64,000 nt of DNA. Origin: Ignavibacteriaceae bacterium (GTDB lineage: Bacteria > Bacteroidota > Ignavibacteria > Ignavibacteriales > Ignavibacteriaceae). The stretch lies in the NCBI GenBank assembly GCA_963667005.1, contig OY762937.1:1689279-1753278 (forward strand), in the 5' to 3' direction. Position numbers and translations under genes: made by a program. Positions within the stretch are counted from its first letter, which is position 1. Every line of letters begins with the position of its first letter. Of this stretch, positions 26,669-36,882 are shown piece by piece. The notes beneath the pieces are model-generated. The model was not told the origin of the DNA. It worked only from the letters and a program-made list of their open reading frames with translations, and ran no database searches.

Positions 26669-29600
26669 ATGAGAAAATTTATACCGGTATTTTGTTTTAT
26701 TAGCCTAACACTCCTTCTTACATCAAATACCTTTGCACAATATACAGCCACATGGGCGCTCACCGCTGATAAATCCGTTGCGGTAACCGGAGCTCAGGCA
26801 TCTAATGTTGTGGCTTCCGCCATGATTCCGGGAACTACATTCAGTTCCGGGGCTCATAGTACTGATGGCTTTGCCTGCACAAGTACGGCAAGCTGGCCAA
26901 CCACTGCAACTGATGGCATGTATCTGGATTTTCCTATTTCACCCGATGCATCGAGTAATATTACTGTTACAGGACTTACATTAACAGCAAAAACTTCCGG
27001 AAGCAGCGGCAGCCAGGTTCTTGCACTCATGTATCAGGTTGACGGTACCGGAAGCTGGAATGTTTTAGGTACAGCTCAAGAAGCTGCAGGAGGCGGAACT
27101 TCAAGTATTAACTTCGGAACCCTCGCCGGTACATTCAACAACGGACATACATATGTTGTTCGTATGTATGTTTACGCAAAGGCATCCGGTACAAGTTCAA
27201 GCAGAAAATTATATATAAGGAATGTTGCATTTACCGGCGCAGCTACCAACGCTAATGTTCCGGTCATTACGGTTTCAGCCGCTTCACTAAGCACGTTCGG
27301 TACTTTGACCTCCGGGACTTCATCAACTGCACAATCATATACGGTGTCGGGCAAACGTCTGACTGCCGATGTGACAGTTACGGCATCAAGTCCTTTTCAG
27401 GTGAGCACGGATAACGTCTCGTTTAATTCAACCGCAACATTAACCCAAAGCGGAGGAACTCTTGCTGAGTCTACCGTATATGTTAAATGTGTTCCTGCAA
27501 CAGCCGACGGAAAGATATCCGGTACGATATCCAATGAAAGCACTGGTGCAGTTAAACAAAGTGTTGGTGTTGACGCAACAGTGATTGCTCAGGAGCCGGC
27601 ACAACAGTCGGTCGTGTCGTTTGGAAGCATTACCGGCAGTTCGATTGTTGTTAAGGCAACAGGCGGAAACGGTGCAAAGAGAATAATTATTGCCAGTGCT
27701 GAGAAAGCCGTCAGCTATTTCCCGGTCGATGCAACTGCTGAAGCGGGTGTAAATAGTAACTTCGCTGCTGCTACCGATAAAGGAAACGGTAATAAAGTTG
27801 TATATGACGGAGCGGATACCGTGGTAACCGTGACGGGACTTATTTCCGGGACGACATACTATTTTGCATCCATTGAATATAATATGGGAACAAATAATTC
27901 TCAGAATTATTTAACAACAAATCCCGGAACCGGAAGCATTGCTACATTAACGACACCGGGACTCTCGGTCAGTTCGGCCACCATCAGTTTTGGCGATGTT
28001 ATCTATAACACCATTTCTTCAGAAAAAACTTTTAGCCTGTCGGGTAAATATTTAACACCTTCAGCCGGGAATATCAATGTTACTGCACCTGCCGGCTTTG
28101 ATATTTCTTTGACAACCGGAAGCGGTTTTGATACATCGGTTACTGTTCCTTACACAGCAGGTACGCTAAGCGCGGTTACCGTTTATGTGCGATTCAAACC
28201 GACCGAAAGCAAAGTGTACAGCGGAGTTATTACTATTTCCGGCGGTGGAGCCGATAATGTAACAGTCTCTTTATCAGGTACAGGTTATGAATATGTACCG
28301 TTTGTACCGGGAACAATTTATTGTTCGCCTACCGGTGATGATGCAACAGGCGATGGCTCGCGTTCAAAACCGTATTTCTCGCTTTCAAAAGCAGTAGCTT
28401 TAGCTGTGCCGGGAGATACAATTTATATGCGCGGCGGGACGTACATGTACGGTGCGACGGTTCATCTTTCGGCCAAAGGAACGGCAGCGAAGAGATTTTT
28501 TATTCTGGCATTCCCCGGAGAAAAACCTGTCTTGAATTGGTCAAACTTTAAACCGGCAAGTGAAGATATTCGTTTCTATGCCCGCGGCATTACGGTTGAT
28601 ACCTCTGCGGCATATTGGTATCTGAAAGGTCTTGATCTCTGCTATTCACCGGATAATGGCGTGAAATGCGAAGGCGAGCATACAACATTTGATCAGTGTG
28701 TCTTTCATCATAACGGAGATGGCGGAATTCAGATCGGTTTGAATAAGGATTTGATTTCAGTCAACGCCAATCCTGAACATTGGGCTGCGTATAATGTTGT
28801 TATTAATTGTGACTCATATATGAATGCCGATCCTGCAACAAATTATGAAAATGCAGATGGATTTGCATGTAAGCTTTATGCCGGTAAAGGAAATTTCTTT
28901 TACGGATGCCGCTCATGGAATAATTGCGATGACGGCTGGGATTGTTATCAGACAGAATATGAAGTGCAGTTTGAAAACTGCTGGTCATGGCATAACGGAG
29001 ATCCGGCGATGTGGGGCTTCAGTTCGTTTAACGGTGATGGAAACGGATTCAAACTTGGTGGTGCGAATACTGCCTGCAAAATGACAGTACGTCGTTGTGT
29101 CGCTCTTAATTGCATGTGGGGCGCAACAGGCGGATTTGCCTATAATGATAATACCGACGCGATCACTTTGCTGAACTGCACTGCAATTCATTGCGGCAGA
29201 AGCTACAACATGCAGCAATCAGCGGTAAATATTATTACCAACTGTGCCGACTGGGGAGCTAATCGTCCGGCGCCGAAAGATATTTCATCTTCATCCATTT
29301 GCACGAATTGTACATGGACGCTTGGTATTACCGTAGACACTACAATGTTTACAACTGTAGCCGAATCTGCAGCCGCAGAGCCCCGTCTTGCTGACGGTTC
29401 ATTGCCTACCAAATTCGCACGCCTTGTTTCCGGAAGTGCATTGTTGGATAAGGGCAAAGATATCGGATTTGCATTTACCGGTTCTGCTCCGGATTTAGGT
29501 GCTTATGAGCAAGGTCAAGCTGTACCGACAGTTCCGGATTCAATCTTCCACATTCCGAATTCTACTACCACCAAAGTTGAAGTTGAAGAAAATCTTTCAC

Positions 29601-29869
29601 CAAAGGCAATGACTATTGTCCGCAATTATCCGAACCCTTTCAACCCGGCGACAAAAATTTCATTTACCGTTGCTGAAAGAGGTAGAACAAGTTTGAAGAT
29701 TTTTGATATGCTCGGTCGCGAAGTAACTGAATTATATAACGATATAGCAGATCCTGCACAAAATTACACGATTGATTTTAATGCGGCACATCTTTCCAGC
29801 GGTATTTATTTCAGTGTCGTGCAGACTGCTAATCAGCGTGCAGTATCAAAAATGATTCTGCTTAAGTAA
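26669..29869 (+). CDS. Multidomain PL9-like pectate lyase, T9SS cargo [gene C]
   Basis: The start is set at ATG 26669 (MRKFIPVFCFISLTLLLTSNTFAQ is a good signal peptide). The track start at 26606 overlaps the upstream terminator. Architecture matches gene A (N-domain QYTATWALTADKS...). The catalytic half is very similar to gene E. Confidence 0.8.
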   Translation: MRKFIPVFCFISLTLLLTSNTFAQYTATWALTADKSVAVTGAQASNVVASAMIPGTTFSSGAHSTDGFACTSTASWPTTATDGMYLDFPISPDASSNITVTGLTLTAKTSGSSGSQVLALMYQVDGTGSWNVLGTAQEAAGGGTSSINFGTLAGTFNNGHTYVVRMYVYAKASGTSSSRKLYIRNVAFTGAATNANVPVITVSAASLSTFGTLTSGTSSTAQSYTVSGKRLTADVTVTASSPFQVSTDNVSFNSTATLTQSGGTLAESTVYVKCVPATADGKISGTISNESTGAVKQSVGVDATVIAQEPAQQSVVSFGSITGSSIVVKATGGNGAKRIIIASAEKAVSYFPVDATAEAGVNSNFAAATDKGNGNKVVYDGADTVVTVTGLISGTTYYFASIEYNMGTNNSQNYLTTNPGTGSIATLTTPGLSVSSATISFGDVIYNTISSEKTFSLSGKYLTPSAGNINVTAPAGFDISLTTGSGFDTSVTVPYTAGTLSAVTVYVRFKPTESKVYSGVITISGGGADNVTVSLSGTGYEYVPFVPGTIYCSPTGDDATGDGSRSKPYFSLSKAVALAVPGDTIYMRGGTYMYGATVHLSAKGTAAKRFFILAFPGEKPVLNWSNFKPASEDIRFYARGITVDTSAAYWYLKGLDLCYSPDNGVKCEGEHTTFDQCVFHHNGDGGIQIGLNKDLISVNANPEHWAAYNVVINCDSYMNADPATNYENADGFACKLYAGKGNFFYGCRSWNNCDDGWDCYQTEYEVQFENCWSWHNGDPAMWGFSSFNGDGNGFKLGGANTACKMTVRRCVALNCMWGATGGFAYNDNTDAITLLNCTAIHCGRSYNMQQSAVNIITNCADWGANRPAPKDISSSSICTNCTWTLGITVDTTMFTTVAESAAAEPRLADGSLPTKFARLVSGSALLDKGKDIGFAFTGSAPDLGAYEQGQAVPTVPDSIFHIPNSTTTKVEVEENLSPKAMTIVRNYPNPFNPATKISFTVAERGRTSLKIFDMLGREVTELYNDIADPAQNYTIDFNAAHLSSGIYFSVVQTANQRAVSKMILLK

Positions 29870-29876
29870 TATTTAT

Positions 29877-29919
29877 ACGTTATCATCCTTTCCGGCAGAG
29901 GATGATAACGTGTTTGTTT
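29877..29919 (+). terminator. Rho-independent terminator
   Basis: 12-bp stem ACGTTATCATCC / GGATGATAACGT followed by GTTTGTTT. Confidence 0.65.
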
Positions 29920-29961
29920 ATGCCGAAAGTATAGACAGTACATATTAATAAGGAAAATTTC

Positions 29962-32900
29962 ATGAAACGTTTTTTATCAATGACCTTTTTTATATGCGTT
30001 GTATTGTTTGCGACAAATACATTTGCACAATACACGGCAACATGGGCATTAACTACAGATAAATCCGTAGCGGTGACCGGAGCACAAGCTGCAAGTGTTG
30101 TGGCCTCCGCTATGGTTCCCGGTAGTACCTTCAGTACCGGGACTCACAATACAGACGGCTTTGCCTGCTCATACACTACCAATTGGCCGACAGCTGCCAC
30201 AGAAGGCATGCATCTTGATTTTCCATTATCACCCGATCCCGCGAGCAACCTGACTATTACAGGATTAACAATGCCTGTTAAAATTTCAGGAAGCAGTGGG
30301 AATCAGATGTTCTCACTTGCATATCAGGTAGATGGTGCCGGAGCATGGATTGCATTGGGAACACCCCAATCAGCAACCAGCGGTGGTAGTTCTACGGTGA
30401 ATTTCGGGACATTGAGTGCTTCGTTTGAAAACGGACACACCTACGTTATCCGTATGTATGTTTATGCTGCCGCAACGGGTACTTCCTCAAGCAGAAAAGC
30501 GTATGTTAAAAACGTTGCCTTCAGCGGTACTGTTACAACAGCCAACACTCCGGCAGTCGCGGTTTCAGCAAGTTCGCTAAGTAGTTTTGGCTCAGTCATA
30601 GCAGGTACACCCTCAACTGTGCAAAGCTACACAGTGTCCGGACTCCGGTTAACTGATAATGTCATTGTAACTCCTCCTTCTCCATTCAAAGTTAGCACAG
30701 ATAATGCAACCTTCGTCGACTCACTCGTGTTGGCTCCAGCCAGCGGTGTGGTTGCCGCAACAACAGTCTATGTAAAATTAATTTCAGCTGATGCTGTTGG
30801 TACTGTTGCCGGTTCGATTTCGAACCGGACTGCCGGTGCAATTGCGAAAACTGTTTCCGTTAACGGCACTGTCCTCGCATCCGAACCAGCAACGCAATCT
30901 GTCATATCATTCGGAGAAACAACGGGCAAATCCATTGTCGTAAATATGTCAGGCGGAAACGGAGCGAAGAGGGTGCTTGTTGCTTGTGCAGACAATGCAG
31001 TAAGCTATGTTCCGACTGACGCTGCTACTGAAACAGCTAACAGTAATTATACGGCAGCTACTGATAAAGGAAATGGCAATAAAGTTGTATTTGCAGGAAG
31101 TGATGCCTCGGTGACTGTTACAGGTTTAATATCGGGAAAAACATATTACTTTAGCTGTTTTGAATACAACGATGGAACAAACAATTCACAGAACTATTTG
31201 ACAACTGCTCCCGGGACGGGAAGCAAAATGACCTTGCAGGTTCCCGTTTTATCATCCAATACAGCTTTGCTTGTCTTCGGAAATATTTTATTTAATACTA
31301 TCTCTGCAGAAAAATCTTTCGCTCTTTCAGGAACGTACCTTTCGCCTGCAGAGGGCTCTGTTAAAATTAGTGCACCGGCTGGATTTGAAATTTCAACCAC
31401 CAGCGGTAGTGGTTATGACTCAGTAGCAACGGTTACATATACCGGTAGTACAATTAGTGCTGTCCCGGTGTATGTACGATTTAAACCGACTGAAGCAATC
31501 GCCTATAATGGCAATATAACCCAATCCGGGGGAGGAGCCGATCCATTAACCGTGGCTGTTTCAGGTAAAGGTGTTACGGAATTACCATTCCAGGCTCACT
31601 ACGATTATATTGTTGCAGCCGATGGTTCAGGGGACTTTACGACAATTCAGGCTGCGGTAGATGCAGTACCTGCAAATAACACCAAGTGGGTTGCGATATT
31701 CGTTAAAAAAGGATATTACAATGCACATGTTGCTATCAGTAAAGCCTATGTCGCAATCGTCGGCGAAAATCGCGATAGCACAAGAATAGAAGTTGATTTC
31801 CCGCGTTCAGCATGGTACAGTCAATACGGAACAAATACAGGTTGCGGTGTTGTTAATGTTGCCGCAAACGATTCAATGGTTGTCCTCGCAAACATGACTA
31901 TTATCAATACCAATGCATCTTCTTCGCAAGAATACACTGAAGTATTCCGCAGCGAACCCGGCAGTACAAAATTATGGTTTGTAAACTGTAACATGTATGC
32001 TAATTGGAGTGATACATTTTCTCCATGGGGCAAAGCAAACGGAAGATATTATGTTGCCGATTGTGATTTCCGCGGCGGCATTGACGCCGTTTGTCCACGC
32101 GGCTGGGCATACATGATCAACTGCGGTTTCACCGAATCAAGAGATAGCAGTCCTATTTGGCACGAAGGTGTCGCCGACCTCGGACAAAAATTTGTTATTC
32201 AAAACGGTTCAGTACACAGTACGAAAAACAAATCAATCAAATTGCAAAATGCGCAAGGCTCCTACTCAATGTTCTTTTATCTGGATACGGAAATGTCAGA
32301 TAGTGTTGGCAGCCTTGGTGTAAGTTCACCAACATATTTCTGGAATTGCCACCGTGTTGGTACAACAGGAGACGCTTCATGGTTTTCAACAAATACTTTA
32401 TCAAATTATACTGGATCGCCAACGCATACGGATATTAATGCAGCATGGGTGTTTGGCGGCGCATGGGATCCCGAAAATGAAATGCCTCCGGTATTACAAT
32501 ATGCTTCTTTGCCTCAGCCATTCTTTAAACAATATGATGTTACGGCTACTCCGGAACTCAAATGGATCGGCGCTTGCGGCGCAACCTCCTATAACGTCTA
32601 TTTCGGACTTTCATCCGATCCTGCGTTTGTTGGAAATCAATCAGGAACCAGTTTTTCGCCTGGCACACTCAAATCCGGCAGAACATATTATTGGCGTGTT
32701 GATGCTGTCAATAGCGATGGTGTTATCAAAGGAAAAGTATGGCAATTTACCGTTAACGGCGTTGCCGATGTAAAAGAAGAATCGGGAATTCCCACTAAGT
32801 ATTCATTAAAACAGAATTATCCAAATCCGTTTAATCCGTCAACCTCTATCAAATATCAGGTTCCGGCAAGCGGACAGGTTGAATTAAAAGTTTATGACGT

Positions 32901-33057
32901 ACTTGGTAAAGAAGTCGCAACCTTAGTTAATGCAGTTAGAACTGCCGGAACTTACGAATGTACATTCAACGCTTCAAATCTTCCGAGCGGATTGTATATC
33001 TACTCGCTCAAGGCAGGAGGCAGCACATTAACAAAGAAAATGCTTCTCCTTAAGTAA
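29962..33057 (+). CDS. Multidomain divergent CE8 pectinesterase, T9SS cargo [gene D]
   Basis: 1031 aa. The N-terminal half (unassigned domain, then Ig-Fn3-Ig) is collinear with gene C. A pectinesterase-type domain follows, opening with YIVAADGSGDFTTIQAAVDAVP. A Fn3-like module (YNVYFGLSSDP...YYWRVDAVN) and the T9SS tail complete it. Confidence 0.8.
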   Translation: MKRFLSMTFFICVVLFATNTFAQYTATWALTTDKSVAVTGAQAASVVASAMVPGSTFSTGTHNTDGFACSYTTNWPTAATEGMHLDFPLSPDPASNLTITGLTMPVKISGSSGNQMFSLAYQVDGAGAWIALGTPQSATSGGSSTVNFGTLSASFENGHTYVIRMYVYAAATGTSSSRKAYVKNVAFSGTVTTANTPAVAVSASSLSSFGSVIAGTPSTVQSYTVSGLRLTDNVIVTPPSPFKVSTDNATFVDSLVLAPASGVVAATTVYVKLISADAVGTVAGSISNRTAGAIAKTVSVNGTVLASEPATQSVISFGETTGKSIVVNMSGGNGAKRVLVACADNAVSYVPTDAATETANSNYTAATDKGNGNKVVFAGSDASVTVTGLISGKTYYFSCFEYNDGTNNSQNYLTTAPGTGSKMTLQVPVLSSNTALLVFGNILFNTISAEKSFALSGTYLSPAEGSVKISAPAGFEISTTSGSGYDSVATVTYTGSTISAVPVYVRFKPTEAIAYNGNITQSGGGADPLTVAVSGKGVTELPFQAHYDYIVAADGSGDFTTIQAAVDAVPANNTKWVAIFVKKGYYNAHVAISKAYVAIVGENRDSTRIEVDFPRSAWYSQYGTNTGCGVVNVAANDSMVVLANMTIINTNASSSQEYTEVFRSEPGSTKLWFVNCNMYANWSDTFSPWGKANGRYYVADCDFRGGIDAVCPRGWAYMINCGFTESRDSSPIWHEGVADLGQKFVIQNGSVHSTKNKSIKLQNAQGSYSMFFYLDTEMSDSVGSLGVSSPTYFWNCHRVGTTGDASWFSTNTLSNYTGSPTHTDINAAWVFGGAWDPENEMPPVLQYASLPQPFFKQYDVTATPELKWIGACGATSYNVYFGLSSDPAFVGNQSGTSFSPGTLKSGRTYYWRVDAVNSDGVIKGKVWQFTVNGVADVKEESGIPTKYSLKQNYPNPFNPSTSIKYQVPASGQVELKVYDVLGKEVATLVNAVRTAGTYECTFNASNLPSGLYIYSLKAGGSTLTKKMLLLK

Positions 33058-33100
33058 GATGATGCAATTAATACAAAATAGTAAATAGGGCACACGAGAG

Positions 33101-35338
33101 ATGAGAAAATATATATTAATAATGGCTATTGCCTTGCTTTGCACACAAGCATGGGCTGAACGCCTTGTTTTTCAGGCCGAGAACGGAAAGCGTTCTTCCG
33201 GGACAGTAGATGTGGAATATGCCGGCTACACCGGAACTGGATACTTGAATACCGCTAATGCAACTGGTGAATATGTTGAATTTGAAGTTGGCGTTGCAAA
33301 TGAAGCAGATGATACACTGATATTTGTTTACGCACATAATAAGACAGATAACCGAACTGCATCCGTTACGGTAAATGGAGCCGTTGTTGTTAGTTCATTG
33401 GGTTTCCCCTCGACTGGTGCATGGACTACATGGTTACCTGTAACTGCTATTGTTCATTTAAAAGCCGGAGCAAACACAATTCGATTGACATCTCTTACTT
33501 CAGGTGGATTGGCGAATCTTGACAGGATGGAAGTCGGCGCGGCGGATGGAAGTTTTCAGTTTAAACTTACTACTTCGGTTAGTGGGCACGGAAATATCAC
33601 GGTAGATCCGGTAGGGCCTTACTATTCATTTGGCACATCGGTTAAACTTACTGCAGTACCGGATGCAAATACTACATTTACCGGATGGTCTGGAGATACT
33701 ACATCAACCGATAATCCGGTAACAATTACTATGTCAAAAGATAAGTCTCTGACAGCAATATTCTTCTCTGTTGTCGGCGGAACGAAGTATTGTTCTCCTG
33801 ACGGTGATGATAATAGCGGAGACGGCTCTTTTGCTAAACCGTATTATTCATTATCCAAAGCAGTAGAACTTGTCAGTCCGGGTGATACAATTTTTATGCG
33901 CGGCGGGACATATTATTATACTGCAACGGTACATCTCGCCGCAAAAGGAACACCCACGCAACGCTTTATTTTAATGGCATATCAGAGTGAGAAACCGGTT
34001 TTAAACTACTCAAAGTGGACTCCGGCAAATGAAACTGAGCGCGGTGCTGCAAGAGCTATGAAGGTAGATACTACAGCCGCATATTGGTATGTTAAGGGAT
34101 TGGAAATATGCTACGCGCCTGATAATGGCGTTAAATGCGAGGGCGACCATACAACATTCGACCAGTGCATATTTCATCATAACGGTGATGGCGGAATCCA
34201 GATCGGCTTGAATAAAGATTCGTTCTCTACAAATCCGAATCCCGATCATTGGGCTGCATACAATACTGTTCTTAACTGTGATTCCTATATGAACGCGGAT
34301 CCGGCTACAGATTATGAAAATGCTGATGGATTTGCATGCAAACTTTATGCAGGCAAGGGAAATTTCTTCTATGGCTGCCGTTCCTGGAATAATTGCGATG
34401 ATGGATGGGATTGTTATCAGACTGAATATGAAGTTCAATTTGAAAACTGCTGGGCATGGCATAACGGTGATCCGGCGTTGTGGGGATTCAGCTCGTTTAA
34501 TGGTGATGGAAATGGATTTAAACTCGGCGGTAATGGCACGTATTCGCCAATGACGCTTCGTCGCTGTGTTGCGTTGAATTGCAACTGGGGTGCTTTAGGT
34601 GGATTCGCTTACAATGACAACATAGCACCTATCACTTTGCTAAACTGCACTGCAATTCATTGCGGCAGAAGTTATAACATGCAGCAGACAGCCGCTAATA
34701 TTATGACCAACTGTGCTGACTGGGGTGCCGACCGGCCTGCTCCTAAAGATATTTCTTCAAGCTCTATTTGTACTAACTGTACATGGACGCTGGGAATAAC
34801 GGTTGATACGACAATGTTTGTGACAGTTGCCGAATCAGCAGCGATTGAGTCGCGTCAGGCTGATGGCGCACTACCGACAAGATTTGCAAAATTGGTTTCC
34901 GGAAGCAAACTAATTGATAAAGGAACTTCTGTTGGAATTCCATTTTTAGGTGCTGCTCCTGACCTTGGTGCATATGAATTCGGTCAGGCAGTTCCAACGG
35001 TGCCGGATTCGATTTTCCATATTCCTAATTCGGGTGTTTCTGGAATTGAGATTCAACAAAATCTAACTCCGAATACATTAACGGTAGTGCGGAACTATCC
35101 GAACCCGTTTAATCCAGCAACAAACATTACTTTTAGTGTTGCACAAAAAGGACACGCGACATTAAAGATCTATGACATGGTTGGCCGTGAAGTAGCAGAA
35201 TTATTCAATAATGAAGCTAATCCCAACAGCAAATACACGGTAAATTTTAACGCAGGCAATCTATCGAGTGGTATCTATTTCAGTGTGGTACACTGCGGAA
35301 ACCAGCATGCGGTTAGCAAAATGATATTAATGAAGTAA
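33101..35338 (+). CDS. CBM6/35-like + PL9-like pectate lyase, T9SS cargo [gene E]
   Basis: 745 aa. Domain order:
- signal peptide
- CBM6/35-like module (LVFQAENGKRSSG...TGAWTTW...NLDRMEV)
- InlB-B-repeat-like module (LTAVPDANTTFTGWSGD)
- beta-helix near-identical in long stretches to gene C
- T9SS tail. Confidence 0.8.
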   Translation: MRKYILIMAIALLCTQAWAERLVFQAENGKRSSGTVDVEYAGYTGTGYLNTANATGEYVEFEVGVANEADDTLIFVYAHNKTDNRTASVTVNGAVVVSSLGFPSTGAWTTWLPVTAIVHLKAGANTIRLTSLTSGGLANLDRMEVGAADGSFQFKLTTSVSGHGNITVDPVGPYYSFGTSVKLTAVPDANTTFTGWSGDTTSTDNPVTITMSKDKSLTAIFFSVVGGTKYCSPDGDDNSGDGSFAKPYYSLSKAVELVSPGDTIFMRGGTYYYTATVHLAAKGTPTQRFILMAYQSEKPVLNYSKWTPANETERGAARAMKVDTTAAYWYVKGLEICYAPDNGVKCEGDHTTFDQCIFHHNGDGGIQIGLNKDSFSTNPNPDHWAAYNTVLNCDSYMNADPATDYENADGFACKLYAGKGNFFYGCRSWNNCDDGWDCYQTEYEVQFENCWAWHNGDPALWGFSSFNGDGNGFKLGGNGTYSPMTLRRCVALNCNWGALGGFAYNDNIAPITLLNCTAIHCGRSYNMQQTAANIMTNCADWGADRPAPKDISSSSICTNCTWTLGITVDTTMFVTVAESAAIESRQADGALPTRFAKLVSGSKLIDKGTSVGIPFLGAAPDLGAYEFGQAVPTVPDSIFHIPNSGVSGIEIQQNLTPNTLTVVRNYPNPFNPATNITFSVAQKGHATLKIYDMVGREVAELFNNEANPNSKYTVNFNAGNLSSGIYFSVVHCGNQHAVSKMILMK

Positions 35339-35347
35339 GGATTTATT

Positions 35348-36859
35348 ATGTATAAATGCTCGTTTCTTGTAGTTGCATTTCTTTCAAGCTTCTTGCTTGG
35401 TCAAGCATTATATGTATCACCGACCGGAAGTGATTCAAACCCCGGTACGATTGATTCAGCGCTTGCAACTCCGCAGGCAGCCATGGCAAAGTTATCATCC
35501 GACGGTTCAGGCGCGATGATATGGATTCGCGGCGGTACGTATAAGCTCAGTTCTCAGTTAAAAACGAGTAAGAATGGCGCTGCTGGTAACCTTAATAAAA
35601 TTTGGGCATATCCCGGAGAGAAACCAATATTTGATTTTACGGGATTAAATGATCGCGGCGTCTATTTTAGTAAAAGCTATTGGCACATGAGGGGAATTGA
35701 AGAATGCAACGCAGGCAGTAACGGAATTTGTTTTTCCGGTTGTGGAAATAATATTTTAGAAGGATGTGTCGCGCATGACAACGGTCTGGAAGGTATTAAG
35801 ATCACCGGGTCAAGCAGTAACCTTACTCACGATAATTTGATCCTTAATTGCGATTCATACCGTAACTATGATGCCGCAGGTAATGGCGAAAATGCAGACG
35901 GTTTTGCGGCGAAAACCGGGACCGGCTCGGGGAATGTTTTTAGAGGATGCCGTGCCTGGTATAACTCGGATGACGGCTGGGATTTTTACGAAAATAGCAC
36001 CGGGGGATTGACATTGGATAGCTGCTGGGCCTTCTGGAATGGCGTTAACTTGTGGGGCAATGGTTCTTGGGCGGGTGACGGCGACGGATTTAAGCTCGGT
36101 GGAGCAAAAACGACTTCCGAACATAAATTAACAAATTGTATAGCATTTGACAATATTTTGAGCGGCTTTGCACAAAATCATGCTTACGCAGGACAAACGA
36201 TGATTAACTGCACCAGTTACCGCAATTCGCAAAACACCTTTTCATTTTATGAGGCCGCAACAGCAGGCACTCTCTTGCATCATGTTTTGAAAAACTGTGT
36301 TTCATATGGCGGTAAAGGTGTTACGCTTTACACTTCAACAGAACAAGTTACGAATAGCTGGCAGACTTTAACTTTGACAGATGCTGATTTCGAGAGCCTT
36401 GATACAGCTGGCGTTACAGGTCCGCGTAATGCCGATTATAGCTTACCTAAACTGAAATTCTTACATCTTGCAAAAGGCAGTCAGGCTATCGACAAAGGTA
36501 CAAATGTCGGAATAGCGTTTACCGGATCTGCTCCTGATATGGGCGCTTATGAATATTCCGGGACTACCGGAATTGGCAATGATCTTGCTCATGCAAAAGG
36601 GTTTGTCTTAGGCCAGAACTATCCGAATCCTTTCAATCCGTCAACCATGATTCGATATCAGGTCCCGGTAAGTGGAAATGTTGAATTGAAAGTGTTTGAT
36701 GTGCTGGGTAAAGAAGTTGCAGAGCTGGTGAACGGAATTCAATCAGCAGGCACATATAGCTGCGTATTCAATGCAGCAGCATTGCCGAGCGGATTATATT
36801 TCTATACTCTTAAATCAGGAAGTAATGTTGAGACTAAAAAAATGCTTCTTCTTAAGTAA
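35348..36859 (+). CDS. Minimal PL9-like pectate lyase + T9SS tail [gene F]
   Basis: 503 aa. N-cap LYVSPTGSDSNPGT...IRGGTY, then ENADGFAAK, SDDGWDFYE, GDGDGFKLGG and the T9SS tail. It starts 9 nt after gene E ends. Confidence 0.8.
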   Translation: MYKCSFLVVAFLSSFLLGQALYVSPTGSDSNPGTIDSALATPQAAMAKLSSDGSGAMIWIRGGTYKLSSQLKTSKNGAAGNLNKIWAYPGEKPIFDFTGLNDRGVYFSKSYWHMRGIEECNAGSNGICFSGCGNNILEGCVAHDNGLEGIKITGSSSNLTHDNLILNCDSYRNYDAAGNGENADGFAAKTGTGSGNVFRGCRAWYNSDDGWDFYENSTGGLTLDSCWAFWNGVNLWGNGSWAGDGDGFKLGGAKTTSEHKLTNCIAFDNILSGFAQNHAYAGQTMINCTSYRNSQNTFSFYEAATAGTLLHHVLKNCVSYGGKGVTLYTSTEQVTNSWQTLTLTDADFESLDTAGVTGPRNADYSLPKLKFLHLAKGSQAIDKGTNVGIAFTGSAPDMGAYEYSGTTGIGNDLAHAKGFVLGQNYPNPFNPSTMIRYQVPVSGNVELKVFDVLGKEVAELVNGIQSAGTYSCVFNAAALPSGLYFYTLKSGSNVETKKMLLLK

Positions 36860-36882
36860 TTTGAGCAGATTCGCATTATAAC

